Shown here: one piece after another, positions 1 to 14,848 of the stretch
Layout of the letters: every line of letters begins with the position of its first letter
Position numbering within the stretch: the first letter of the stretch is position 1
Assembly: GCA_951406725.2 (NCBI GenBank)
Contig: OX597827.1
Span: 84,072,001 to 84,136,000 of the forward strand
DNA length: 64,000 nucleotides
Reading direction: 5' to 3'
From: Octopus vulgaris
Lineage: Eukaryota
Program-made: the position numbers and the translations under genes
Notes under the pieces: generated by a model
The model's database searches: none
What the model saw: only the letters and a program-made list of their open reading frames with translations
Told to the model about the DNA's origin: nothing

Positions 1-199
1 GGTTTCTTGGAAAAATGTACAATGACCAGCTGGTTGTATAGCACTGAAGTGATGTAGTCACATCAGATCTCTCTGGAACAACAATCACTCGTCCCATTTC
101 TGAGAGAGACTGGCTAATTTGCTCATGACCTTTTCCCCAGTTCTTATCTGTCTGAAGGTCCAGTCTTAACCCTAACCCTAGCATCTTAACTGAGCCCCA

Positions 200-1500
200 A
201 ATCAAACAACAGAAACTGGCTAGCTTGGAATTGTCTCTCCAGATGCTGATTAAACAAACTTGATCCAATTAATGTGTGCTTCTTTACACTCTGCTATTCT
301 TCCGGTATAATGCTAAATCTATGACAGTGCCATCATCTACCAATGCAGACATGACTCCCCTGTGACCCATTTTGAGAAGGTTTCCATTAAAATATCCAAC
401 CTATGCAAGCAATAACGGCTCCAGTGCCAAAACATACAGCATAATGTGGAGGAGATATATTTGATGGACGAAGAGTTCAAGAGAAATTATTTCAAGATGG
501 GACTAGTTTAATCATTGGAAAAATACTGCTGTATGTTTTTGTGATCTTGCCTCTAATGATGGAACCAAAACTGACTGCTCGTAGCATAATTGCTGGGTAG
601 CAATGGTTCACTCTGACAAACACTTTGAACTGATCAAAATTGATCAGCATTCTGCTAAAGTCAAATTCATTCCCAACACAATGATATATTACATAGAGTT
701 AGCAGTGTATAGGCCTGCCTGGAATTACATAGATTTGCACGTCTCTGACTACACTGTCAATGACAATCTCTTAGCAAAATATCTTTTACTCTCTATTTTG
801 TAGAGTTATGGGTTCAAAGTTCTCTCTCACATCCTCTTTACTTGAGTCCTCCCTCAGTAGCATCACCATTCACCAACTCATTTGATTGGAACTACCCACA
901 GTTTGCTGCCAGCTGCAGTAGATGGTTATCACCACAGCAAACAAGTCTGATGCGTGGCAGTAAGACTTATAGAGAACACCATCTAATTCTGATGATTTGT
1001 GCTTCAGGCAGCAGCTCAGCACATCAGTTACTTCATTAGCTGAAATCAGTTTCTCATGCACAGCACCTCCCTGCTCAGGTGTTGTGGTAAGCCATCGACG
1101 TAGACATCAAGATTCATTGTCTCTCACCTGCTGCTCATCAACAATAGTTCAGCAAAGTGTTGTTGGAAAACTGTTCTCATCAATTTGGAATTGGAGAGTA
1201 TGGGTCCTCGGTAGCATGCTGAAAGCTGAATTGTGCATTTGTTACCACACTGCACTTCTTTCACACAACTTTCATGCTTTTGTATTTCAGCATATGCAGT
1301 CTAACTCAGCCAACGCATCTTTTCTGATTTGCTAGTGCATCATTTGTGATGCCTCTTGCAAGCAATGAAATAGTTTTGCCTCTGAATTGTTGTTCTTTTC
1401 TGCCCTTTCTGTGATAAAGCTAATGGATGCTTCTTGAATGCTTCACTTTGGAGAAATCCACCATCTGTTCCTGAAGGTGGCCTTTGTCAATTCTTACTTG
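200..1500 (-). mobile_element. Decayed L1/Tx1-clade LINE RT remnant
   Basis: Minus-strand fragments KSSELDGVLY (~KSPGLDG), NFDQFKVFVRVNH (~LDQxKAFDRVxH), LYVLALEPLL and SALVDDGTV (~YADD) occur in RT order. Confidence 0.65.
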
Positions 1501-1677
1501 ACTTATATGCAATTCTACCACTGTTTACAAACTGCATCCAAGATGAAGTTCATAGTTCAGAAAAAGTGCATTTATATAAAACTCATCTGACAAACATTTA
1601 AAAAGAGACAAAGACTATAAAATGATTAGAATAGAAACAAAAAGTTGGATTAGAAAATTTTGTTGATAATTCCTTAC

Positions 1678-1820
1678 TTGGCATCGTCTAACAAAGACAA
1701 ATCAATGAATAATTGTGCCAAAGATTTTGATAGCTTTAAGAAATCTTCACTTTGTCTGTTACCATTGAAATATTCAAGTTGTTCTTTATAAACTTTGCTG
1801 ACTTCATTGAAATCATCAAA
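1678..1820 (-). CDS. Exon [47 protein letters not shown] (last exon in the window)
   Basis: tcctag / AA|gtaagg, 143 nt; no stop codon, so the gene continues left of position 1. Confidence 0.85.
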
Positions 1821-4800
1821 CTAGGAAAATGAAAACAAGAAGGGATATTGAGGATTTAGACAACCATGATAATTATAGTTTAACATTAAGTGTGTGTGTG
1901 TGTGTGTGCAGGTCTGTTTGTCTTTTGATTTGTTGTGACTTGAGGAAGGGGCAACAGTCGTGGTCATTGTAGATCCTCCCAGACTGGTGACACTGATGTC
2001 ATTAAGGTTACTTGAACATTTGAGCAAGGAATTCCAAAGAACCAACATTCTGGGAAGGAAAGAGTGAGCCTAGTGATTCGTGTGGGAAGCATAACAAGGG
2101 TGTTAAGAGGAGGAGAGGTGAATGGGATGGAGATACCTGAGAGGCGGTGACCTGATTCTTAACCACCAGATTTTGAGTCTGATCACACTGCATGTCACTT
2201 TGGTCATATGTCTTCTGTCATAACCATGGATGAAGGCTTGTGAGTTAAACCTGTGTACAATGCCTGAGGTTATCTATAGAGGGAGGAATCCTGATACTTG
2301 CTGCAGCAGAATAATCTCAGATGTAGACAATGATTCAGGGATAAATGTGGAATAGGATCAGTCTTGTAATTGTTTTTGTTTTCCCCTGTATTTTGTGATC
2401 AATCGTGTGGTGATACTGATAAAAATGACAAAGCAGTGGCCAATGAAGTTGTTGTAGACGGGACACGGTGAGAGAACAGAACTTACCAGTTTCCAATAGT
2501 GAATTAAATCATATTTGCCCTGTTCTGTCGCCATCAGTTGTTGGAAAAGGTTCAAGTCTGACAAGGTTTCCTTCAAACTTTCCATTTCTCCAGCTTCATA
2601 CAATAGAAATGGTAATTCTTCAGCCTGATGGAGGAGGAGGAGAGGAGAAAATGAGGATAGAATTAGAGGAAGGCAAAGGATTGGGTAAAGGTTTGTGTAG
2701 GAGTGAGAGACAGAGTGGGGGGGTTGTGTGTGTGGGGGGAGAGATGAGAGAGAGAGAGAAACCATGCATGACTGAGAGAGAAAGGAAGAATCTGGGCATG
2801 ACTGAGAGAGAGAGAGAGAGAGAAAATAAATGGGGTTTTCCTTGAGAAAGTGTCAGTTCGTACATGTGAAAGACAGAGATAAAATGTGTGTATATGTATG
2901 TGTGATTGAGGGAATGAGAGAAAGAGAATGTGCATGTGTAATGGGGGGGGGGGGGGTGATAATATGTGTGGCTGTGACAGAGAATGGGCGTGTGTAAGAG
3001 AGAGAGAGAGAGAGACTGTGTATGTTGTATGAGGTGATATTCTCTCCCCACGTAGATGTCATTAGTTATTCTACAATAACAAGAAGAAAGTTTTATACTC
3101 ACTACGCGATAGCTCATTGGTTGCAAGGCAAAGAAACTGGCCAACTGTTTTGAGTAAATTTTCTTATCATTTAAAGTTGGCAGGAATCGAACCTCAACAG
3201 CTTGTCGTAGATAATCATGGAAGAAGTTATAAATACCATTTCTATTCACCAAACTACCAACAAGGGATAAATAGACTGGGGACCATTTAGCACTGGGAAT
3301 CTGTGAATAAATAAAAAACACAGAAGAGAGCAATTATGTTATACTTAAATAAAAGTAAATGGTTTCTTTCCAATGAAAGGTTTTGCTTGAAAACTTAATG
3401 TTCTCATCTTTGCATGTCATACAAACCTATCCAAATTCTTTTGAAGCTAGCCCCTTACAAGTCTGGTTTATACATACATGATGATGATGGCCATCCACTC
3501 GTGACCAAGGAAGACCATTGCTGACCTTCAGAACATTGTGTACTCTAGGACCAACTTATATTTTACATTTGCAGCTCCACAGGTGGCTACTGAGCCCTGC
3601 TCTTGACAAGCATACATGACAGCAAACATTGCAAACCAAGCTTTCCCCACTCGCTACACCAGCAGTTGTGCTTTTAAACAGCATTTCTTAAGTTCTTCAT
3701 GCTGAATACGTTCTCTCCCAATGGTGTTGACCCCCTCCTTAACCTGTTTCCTCCATCTGTTGCAATGACAGACATTGCTCTTGCAGTCAGTCTCCTGCAT
3801 ATCACAGGCCTTTAATGAGGACTTGACACAGTCCTTAAATCACAGCCTTGGTTTCTGCCAGGGTCTTTTTCCATTCACAAGTTCCCCATATAGCATCTGT
3901 TTAGGGATCCTGCTATCCTTCATTCTAAAAAGGTGTCCAGTCCAATGTAACTGGTGCTTGTGCACCATCGCCTCAATACTCAAGATATCAGCTGTCCTCA
4001 AGACCTGTGTGTCTGGAGTTTTTAAGGTCCAGTCAACATTCAGAATGTGTCTGAGAGATCTCTTATGAAAGCATTCACGGACCCTTACATGATGTTTGTA
4101 AAGGGTCCATGTCTCGCATGAGTAAAGGAGCGATGTCAGTACACATGCACAGTACACTTGTCTCCCACTTTCAATATTGTTTCTCCAACCAAGATAGCTG
4201 GTTCCACATATGGGTTTCCTGGTGCAGGTTTGTCCAGGCTAATGCTGAGTCCAAATACCTTGCAAAAAGCAGAAATATGATTCATAAGTATTTGCATGTC
4301 ATCCACTATATGAGTGACTAAGTCACAGTCATCTGCATAAAGGAAGTCATGAATAAGAGACTGGAAAACTTTTGAATTGGCAGCAAATCGGTGCATATGA
4401 AAGAGGTGGCCAGAAGATTGATATGTGACATATATTCCTAGAGAGCTACCTTAGCAAAAACATGAGTAAAAGCAGCAGCAAAGTACTTTGAAAAGGGAGT
4501 TGGGGCAAGGATGTCACCCTGCTTGACACCATTCTCTACAGTAATGGGTCCCACCATGCCACCATCAATATTGACCCAAGATTCCATTCCATCATGAAAT
4601 GATTTAATTATAGATACAAAGTGATCCGGACATCCAAGTTTGCCAAGTATTTTCCATAGCAAGGCTCTATTCATTGTACCAAAGGCCTTCGTTAAATCAA
4701 TGAATACCTAGACAAGATCCATATTCTGCTCATAGCACTTTTCCTGCATCTGTGTTGCTGTGAAAATCATCCATTGTCCCTCTATCAGATCAGAAACCAC

Positions 4801-5480
4801 ATTAAGATTCAGATAGGACATCATTTATGAGACACCCATTCAGGTGGGCAAGAAGAATATTTGTCAGAACCTTGCCAGCAGCTGATAGTAGAGCAATACC
4901 TCTGTAGTTACCACACATTGTTCTGGCTCCTTTTCCTTTATAGAGAGGAAGAATAATAGTATCTTTCTAGTCTTTAGGTATTGCACCATCCTTCCAGACT
5001 GCTCTAAGTTCATGAAGAGACTGTATGATGTAATCACCACCAAATCGCAAGACCTCAGCTCAGATTCCATCTTTTCCAGGTGCCCTACCAAGATTCAATT
5101 TACTTATTGATGTCATTACTTCATCTATTGAGGGTGTGGAATTTAAGGAGCCAATGATAAGGTCTTTGTTGCATAGTATCAATCACTGTTTCATCCACAA
5201 CTGATTCATGGTTTACGAGTTCAGAGAAGTGATCGATCCAGCGACCTGTGATTTCTGTTGATTTAGTAAATAGAGTGGAAGACTCCTTAGAAAGCAAAGG
5301 AGCTCTTTGGCCTATAAACTTGCTTCATAAGATGGTAAAGCTTCTTGCTGTCATTCGCATCAGCAGCAACCTGAACATCACGAGCAAGATCCTCCCACCA
5401 AGTGTTCTGCATCTTCCTGAGAGAACATTGTTTTATTTTTGTTTTATTTTTGGCTTTCTTTAATTAACACACATACACAC

Positions 5481-5528
<48 letters not shown>

Positions 5529-8500
5529 TTATAAAATATACTTTAATTGAAATCAAGTTTCCCCAAAATTAAACATATCTAATATTATCTAATATCTAAA
5601 ATTAAACATATCTAATATTAAACATGTCTAATATTATAAAGTTTTTCAACTTTCTGCTGGAATCACAAGGTCTCAGATTTTGGGGAAAGGGATTAAGTCA
5701 ATTACATCGACCCAAGTATGTAATTGGTATTAATTTTATCAGCCCCGAAAGGATGAAAGGCAAAGTCAACTCCGGCAGAATTCGAATTCAGAACCTAGTA
5801 GCAGACGAAATACCGCTAAGCATCTCACCCAGCATACAACCGATTCTGCCAGCTCACCGCCTTAATATGATATAATAATATAATATAATATAATAAATGT
5901 GCGTCACACTTTTTCAACTTTACGCGTAGAGGCCCAACATAGCATACCATTTTGGAATTAGGCTGATTGCATGAGTAAATTAAAAACATTCTGGGCTGAA
6001 TCTGGACCTACAATCCTGAAATTTTGGATTCCCAAGTTTTCATTACTGTGATTGTTTTGGGCGATTTTTCAATGTTAAGAATGACACACAATAATGAACG
6101 TCTACAGAATTAGCTTGTATCAGAGCTGGTCGTGGAATAAACAACAACAAAACTACTCACGTTGACGAGTCTTCTGAGTTCGTCTTCTGACATACCTTTT
6201 CTGGAGCACCAAATAGCAGAAGTTGTCTCCCTTACAACGTTGCACCTTAAACATTAAAGATAACACGTTCAGAGATGGAAGTACACATATGTATGTATAT
6301 ATACATACAATATCTCACAGAAGTATGTAAACCGCGAAAAAATTTCATTAAAATTGCCATTACTCAGATAATATTGAAGGAAATCAAACGAAATCTATAC
6401 TGAATAAAATATATTATACTTGCAAACATTATACAAATTTCGAACACAAAACAATGAAAATTTTCAAAGATGTGAACGAAATTTTAATTTTCAAACGATA
6501 CAAAAATATGTACATCCTAAAGGATTATTTGCTATATTCAATATTTGGTGTGACCGCCCTTCTTTCCATGACTGCATTAAGTCTTCTGGGCATAGAGTCG
6601 ACTAAATTTCTACATATAACCAATGAAATCGACCTCCATTCATCCTGAATGATGTCTTTCATCTGTGTTGCATTGCAGGATTTTTCTCCTCAACCCTCCT
6701 TTTCAAAACACCCAACAGATGTTTAAATCAGGTGACATGGTAGGCCAAGGTAATACCTTTATCTTTTTATTTGATAAAAACTTAGTCATCGTCTTTGAAG
6801 TGTGTTTAGGGTCATTATCATGTTGGAACATGGAATATCTTCCTAGTTCCTTGATGCTTTTCAACATTGTTTTCTGCAATATTTCACAATAAAACCTCGA
6901 ATCCATTGTTCTCTCGATAAATGTGAGTCCTCCCACACCAGCCGCACTCATGCATCCCCAAAACATAACGCTTTCACTGTAGGCACGGTGCATTTGTCGC
7001 TATCATCTTCACCTGGTCGTCACTATACTTGTTTAATATCACCTGACCCAAACAAGTTGATTTTAGTCTTGTCACAAGAAAGAATTTTATTCCAGAACCC
7101 CCCCCCCCCCCTTACTCACATAGATTTCAGCAAAAGAAAGATGACTTGATTTATGCCTGGTAGTGAGGAGAGACTTCCTGTGAGGAATACGTCCATAAAG
7201 ACCACGCTGGTTCAAACTTTGGCGAACTGTTTGGATGAAAACACTCTTTCCACTAACAGAAGATACTTCTTGAGCCAAAGATGAAGTGCTACGATGCCTG
7301 TCGTCCATCATGCAACATTGGATGTGGCAAATCCTGGACAATGTTTGTTGCTTAGCTGTCCAGTAGCTTTGTACTTCTGAATTACTTTGGCAACTGTGTT
7401 TATGTTAATATGTATTCACTTGCTAATTAACTTGTATCCTAAACCAATCTTGGGCAAATTAAAAATAATTTTCTTCAAATCTTCAGACAATTGTTTTCCT
7501 TTTGGTGCCATTTTAATAACAACGAAGAAGATTTTTCACCATGGGACACAAATCAGAATTCTTGCAGATGCAATAACAATAACCAGTGCAAAAATGCCAG
7601 GAGAAGATTTGTGTGGAAATAATTTACACTTCTTGAGGTTTGTGTTCAGGACTTAGTGCTAGCTGTGTACTGTTTGCAGTAGTTTCAACTTTATCAGTAT
7701 GTGCTTCACTGGAGCTGAACCTATGCTGGGAGGGTAGGAACAGACAATGATTTATCAGGCGATATAAGTCCATGCACAGTGTTGAAGCTGGGCCAAATGA
7801 TATTGTATCTGCATTCTTTTTAAGAAAAAACTTGAATACTAATAATAACAGGCTGTGTGTATACATATATATAAATATGTACACATACATTTATATATAT
7901 ATATATATATATATATGTGTATGTGTGTGTGCACATACGTATGTATATAGATGTATATGTGTGTATATGCATGTGTGTGGTTGGTGACATCATATGTATT
8001 TGACCTATATCCGTCATTTTTCTTAACCTTTAGCACATTGTGTTTCCTCTAGAACTGTTTCCCCTGCTGCTGCCCTTTTACTACAGGGGAGAAATCTCGT
8101 ATAGTGGCATGATACATCTCCTGTGTGCTAAAGGTTAATGACCAATCAAGTTTTCCAAGTTGGGAAAATAAGCACCAGATTAAGTGTTTCTCTTTCACTG
8201 ACATAACACTTGCACATGTCTTTAATATCCAACTTTGCTCTCACTTCACCTGGGATTCTCTTTCATGTTGCTTACATATAATCTCTGCATCACCACTCTA
8301 TTGAAAGCATGAACCTGTATCTAAACCTCTATAAGATTGCCCAGCATATTAGATATAGTAGCCAAATCTCCCTCAAAGCTAACCCTAGCATCTTAAAGAA
8401 GGACAGATAGTGGCCGTTTGCCAGCTATGTCTGGCCCCGTGTCGGTGGCATGTAAAAGCACCATCCGTTCGTGTCCGTTGCCAGCATCGCCTGGCCCCGT

Positions 8501-8753
8501 GCCGGTGACACGTAAAAGCACCATCCGTTCGTGGCCGTTCGCCAGCTCTGTCTGGCACCTGTGCAGGTGGCACGTAAAAAACACCCACTACACTCGCGGA
8601 GTGGTTGGCGTTAGGAAGGGCATCCAGCCGTAGAAACACTGCCAGATCTGACTGGGCCTGACGAAGCCTTCCAGCTTCACAGACCCCAGTTGACCCGTCC
8701 AACCCATGCTAGCATGGAAAGCGGACGCTAAACGATGATGATGATGATGATGA

Positions 8754-8794
<41 letters not shown>

Positions 8795-11700
8795 ATCCAA
8801 ACAAGAAAGCACAAAAAACACAACAACGCGAGGACGTGGAACAAATATAGTATTATTGGACGCTCAGGAAAGAAGGAAAGAAGGAGGGTTTAATGTTTCG
8901 AGCGGAGCTCTTCGTCGGAAACATAGGAGAAGGAAAGATCCAGAGAAGGGAAGACAGAGGAAAAAAAATTCGCCAACGGTACACACGCGGTCATATATGT
9001 ATGTATGTATATATGCATGCAAGACTGAAAGAATCTTTGAGCTTCCAATGGAAGATGGAAAAGTGAAAAACTAAAGGAACCACAATCAACAAAATGTAAC
9101 TCACATGTCTCCAAATTCATCAGTGAAATCTTTCTCGAGACGGGCCAAAATCATGCAAAATAAATCTCGTGGGCAGCTAGCAGTCACATACTTGTGCATG
9201 GTGGTGGTCAGGGTAGTCAGAGTAGAGAAGGCACCATAGATACGAATCTGTAAATGGATGACTGTGACAGTGAAAGGAAACCCAGCTCAGGAGACTGAAA
9301 GACAATTGATTTGATGCATTCATTTCAGTATTTCTTCTTTTATGTCATGCCTTTTGTGAATACTTATATGATTTGATACTTATTTTGTACGTTTATATAT
9401 ATATGTACGTGTGTGTGTGTGTGTATATATATATACATACATATATATATGCAGGTATGTATGTGTGTTAACCCCCATTCAAGAAAGATCAGTACTTAGT
9501 TTTCACTGATTTAGCCCTTTGTTTTCAAAGGGCTCGCCTCCACCTCTCATACACACTAATAAGAGAAGGTACAGCAGCACAGATGACAATGGATTTGCCA
9601 CTGCTCCCATCCATACTACGCCTTTGGGAGTGAAGCCATTTCATTGTTCCACTTACCATACATCGACCACCATAGTGAAAGCTCTGTTGTCTGCTTGGGG
9701 TTGCAAAAAGTTTGAATCGTAACCAGCTCTGAACAAAGAGATATGAAACTGATAGATTTCTAATATTGAGTGACCACACACACTTTAGTGGCTGGAAGGA
9801 AATAAGATAATGTCAGCCATTGAAGAAATTAACCAATAATTATCAATGTCAACGTAAATATTTCCATTGGATGCAGTACAGACTGAACTTGCACAGCTTT
9901 TTGGAAATCATTTTCTGGATAACAGAGTGTACAAAAGGGTTGACAAAACTGAAAAGTAAAACTTCTCAAATTGACCTTCCTGTACCACTTGTATCACAAG
10001 CACGACCAAAGAAAGTGAAGCTTTGTTAAGTGCACCATCCCCAGTAGTTACAGTTTTGGCTGTTCTGTGCTGGAGTCCAAATGCAAGGAGCTCTCAGCAA
10101 CCAGACGTGGTAACAATTGCTGCTGTTCATGAATTCTTCTTACATTGGAAGAAGATTTCTATGAAGTTTCCAGATTGTTCATAACATTCTGACCATGAAA
10201 CAGGTTCTGCTTCACTTCATATGAATGGCAGATGCAGTACTCGGTCATTCAGATGCATATGTGTTTAGGTACGTGGCCTAGTGGTTAAAGGGTTGCATTC
10301 AGGATCACAAGATCATGCTTTCAATTCCCAGATGTGGCATTGCTTTGTGCTTTTGTTATTCCAGTCAACTCTGCTGTTAAAGAGTAATCCAGCGCCCTGT
10401 CAGTGGGAATGTTATGATCTCAGACACGTATACACCATGGAAACTGTTTAACTTGCTCTGAGTCCTACGACTCAATATATTTATGTCCATAGGGAATATG
10501 TGTGTGTGTGTGTGTGTGTAAATATATAGACATATACAGGCACATATATTGATCAACTTACTTCATCCAAGAGAGCTCGCAGAAAAAGTGGATTGTCACT
10601 CTGTGGTGTGGCCACTATCAACTCTCTTTGTTCGCTGCTTAATGTCTTGCCATAAGTTTTCTCAAAGTATATATCAATAATTTCGCTCTTCTGTTTAAGG
10701 GTCAAGGGTTCGATTTGAATGCAAGGCCAACCAAAGTCTTTGATGTTTTTACAAACCTACAATTAGAATTCATAATAATTGTACAATAACCTTTGAACCA
10801 CTGAAATGCTGATATAAATGTGTGTGTGTGTGAGTGTGTAGTTGGTCAAGAGGAAGATATTGTAACCCTAGCCTTTGCAGGTTTTTCCACACTGGTCAGG
10901 TCAACACAGTTGGTGTTACTCTGAAATAACTTCAGGAAAATCATGGACAACAAATAAAATTCTGTACTGAAGCTGGGATAAAGGATTAGGTATAGTGCTT
11001 ATGACATGGCATAGAGATGTGGATAGACTAGAAGTGATGAGAAGAAACAAGCGAGTCAGAAGTTACTGCAAGTGGATGATGCTTGGAATGGAAGGTTAAG
11101 GAGGAACGAAGAGTGATGTAATCTGCACAGAAGTGCGCAGAGTATTGGAAGTGACGGTAAAGAAAGAGTGCGAGGCAAAATCGAACCTTGGGCTATGCTA
11201 TAGTATCTAAGTAGTGTCTTACAGGAAAGCTCTGAGCCAAATGATGATGGAATCCCAATACCTAGAAGATTTACATACCAGATGGTATCAAGTGCAACAG
11301 TTCTGTTTTGAGTAAATTTTTCAAGGACATGATGAGAGATACAACAGTGTGGGCCTTCAGTAGAAGTAACTTTATGAATCTGTAGTGGTAGTCATTAGGA
11401 GGGAAAGCTTTAGCTCTTAGCTTTGTAGTAGATAGTGTGCTAGTTCTGAGGTGCATCGTTTGAGGATAGTAGAGTAATGAATGCCATGGCCAGTGGCTCA
11501 GTTGATATGAAGGTGTTTCTGCATGTGATATATGTGTGTATTGTGATGAGTCTGGTAAGATGGAGATGGATAGCTTTAGAGATTTATCCAGACAGAAAGG
11601 GTTTCCTTTGTGAGAGTGTTATCTACAGTCATTATAAATGATATGTTGTGGGGAAAGGAATACCAAAGGTGTGATAGGGATCTTTTTGTCAAGGAACCAA

Positions 11701-14700
11701 TGGGATTGAGAACAGTTTTAAAGATAAAATATGCCAAGTACAGAAACATCCTTCATTTTCAAAAGTTGCAATGATGGGTAAAAACTGTCTCCTTAGTAGG
11801 AATGGGTGATTTTTGTCTATGACTTATTTATAGGCCATGCATTTTTGCTCAAACTGTTACAGTGCAACAATTAGTGAACCAGGATTAAGGGTCACGGGTT
11901 TCTGATAAGTGTGAGATAAAGAGGAAGACTACAAATTGTAGAGCTTATAGCAGTGAAAATCTTAAACAAGACACACCACTCATTCTTTAAATTAACTGAA
12001 TCATTGATGAGGGTTAACAGTTAGCAACAAGTGCAAAACAAACAACTCTACTTCTCACCATTAGTCACGATTCACAGCTTTACTTGATATACTCAGTCAC
12101 TGTTTTAAACACCAGATGAGACAAACCATTCTACCTCAGCTGTGAATCTGTGGTTCTGAGTTTTGTGTTCTGCACAGTAACTTCGGGCAGATGTCTTCTA
12201 TATTCCTCAGTAACGTTGGGCTGATGCTGACCACTGCCTTCTCAGTGGAACTAAGTAAGCTGAAAATGTGTGGTTGTGAGTTCATATATATTGGGTCATC
12301 CCATAAATAATGTGGTCTTTATAATTGCATGAACTAAAAGTCCCAGGGGGACGGGATAAACTACTTGCATCAACTTTCTATAAAAGCATATAGTAATTTT
12401 ACCTTGTGCTTATTATTATTGCAAGTTTTGAAGAGTGCAGTTCGATTTTAACAGTTATTTTTTTCAAAGCTATAATGGAAGTGACAAAGGAGCACATTCG
12501 GCATATTTTGCTTTAGGAGTTCAATAAAAGCAACAATGCAACGGAAAGTGCAAGGAATATTAATGCAGGATTTGGGGATTAGACAATATGTGTAAGCTAT
12601 TATCAGCAGTGGTTCCAGAAATTCTGAGCCAGAAACTACAGCCTAGAAGACGAGCCTCGTCCTGGAAGATCTGTAGAGCTTGATGAGGACATCCTGCAAA
12701 CTCCGGTGGAACAAAATCCCATCATAACTGTTGAGGAACAAGGCAGAGAAGCATGGATCTAGTAATTTAACCATTCATCGACACCTGCATGCCATCAGAA
12801 AAGTCAGCAAATTGGGTCAATGGGTTCCTTACAAACTTCTGAGTCTAATCACCCGCAGAGAGTGAATGTGTGCCCTTCTTTGCTGTCACGTCTCATGAAT
12901 GAACCTTTTTCTGGGCTGAATAGTGACTGGTGACGAGAAATGGGTTCTCTATAAAAATGTCAAGTGCCGAAGACAGTGGGCAGGGAAAGGAGAAACACTG
13001 GCACCCCAGGCTAATGAAGGTCTTCATCCACGTAAGGTGTTGTTATCTGTTTGGTGAGATATGAAAAGTTTAGTCCACTTTGAACTTTTAAACCCAAACC
13101 ACACAATAATAAAGGAGATCTGCTGTGAGCAACTTGAGTGGCTTAAGTCAGAACTAGAAGAAAAACGACCATCTTTGGTTTGAAGACGAAAGGTGTTCTT
13201 CCATCAGGATAATACTCGGCCCACATACAGCTAGGATGACATTCCAAAGTCTGGAGCAGTTTGAATAGGAAATGATGCCCCACCCACCATATTCACTGGA
13301 CATTGCCCCATCTGATTATCATTTATTCCACAGTCTTCAAAATCATTTAGACAGAAAAAATATGAATTCTGTAAACAAGGTCAGACCAGTACTGGAGGAG
13401 TATTTTTTGTCACAGACAAGTGAATTATGGAAGAGAAGCCTTACAAGTCTACCAGATATATGGAAGAGTGTTGTAGAAAATGCAGGAGAGTATATTTTAG
13501 ATTAAAAAAGAACTTTATCTTAATTTTGAAAAATAAAGGAAGTATTAAAAAAAGCACATTATTTATGGGATTACCCAATATATTTATATATATATGTGTG
13601 TGTGTGTGTGTGTATGTAAGTGTGTATGTATATGTGTGTGTGGGGTCACCCTTGAGTGTTACTAGTAATATGTAACCCAGTACAATCTGTTGCATGGTCA
13701 GGTTGTTGGTGACTAAACTGGCAACGGCACTGAGCCTGCTTGGTAAGCATGGTTGTCTTTGGACACCCTATGGGATGAAAAACAAGACCCATCAAAGAGT
13801 GGATGAATTCAGAAGAGTCAACAGCCATCCAACTACAGGATATATATGCATGAGGATTTAGATATTTCTGGCTTGGTACCCAGGTGAGCTCTTTGCCTAC
13901 TTGGGTAGGTGAGATGGCAACTTACCCAGAAGATGGAGAACTCTAATAGAAAAGCCTGAGTTATTTTGTTTGTTGAGTTTTTGGTAATCGTTTATACTAT
14001 CAGCTATCAGCATTTCCAAAGTGTGTGGCTACTCCTATGCAAAACTTCACAACTAAAAATAATCTGTATGAGTAATCTAATAGCTATATGAGTTTTTCAA
14101 TACATACATAAAGACAGCCACTACATATGTAACATTAGGTGATGTCCTGACTTGTTTATGTATGTGCTTTAATATTATCAATTCTAGATTTGTATGCCAT
14201 GTTAATCTTATAATCTATCAACATGTATAAACAGAAATGTACAAACTCATATATGGGCAGGGACACTGTGACAATACAAAAAGCACAAATATAAATCTGA
14301 ATATTAAGCTCAATTTGAACTGGTTGCTGCAAGGGTCTATATGAAATGCAAAGCATATATGTGTTTTGGTAGAAGGCACATACCAATAGTTGAGACAGTA
14401 GTTAAGGTTAAGCAATGCTGCACCAAATATTCACTTATAGCCAGATGGTTCTGTAGTGAGTAGTCAGAAACATCAAACTAGTACCCAGAAATAAATCCTT
14501 TTGGTATGTTTATGAGTGTAAATATATTAAAAAGGCGAAGTGACATTGAATGTTTGTGGGTGGGTATTAAGTCTTAGAAAAACAAAAGAGACAATATATA
14601 AATAAAAAAAATGGATGAGTAGCACTTCCATAATGTTATATCAAAAGACTGAAACCAGAAAAATAGTAAAAGAATGTATATTTATATTCTTTTATGTTTT

Positions 14701-14801
14701 TACTAGCTTTAATGTTTGGACTGTAGCCAAGCTGGAGCATGGTTGGCCATTGCTTTTGTTGAATATAGTTCTTACTCTGATATGTATATTATCAATCTCT
14801 A

Positions 14802-14848
<47 letters not shown>

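Noticed and set aside
168-182. Telomere-like TAACCC repeats (also ~8379 and ~49960)
   Set aside because: There are only 1-2 units each, too short to be interstitial telomeric arrays.
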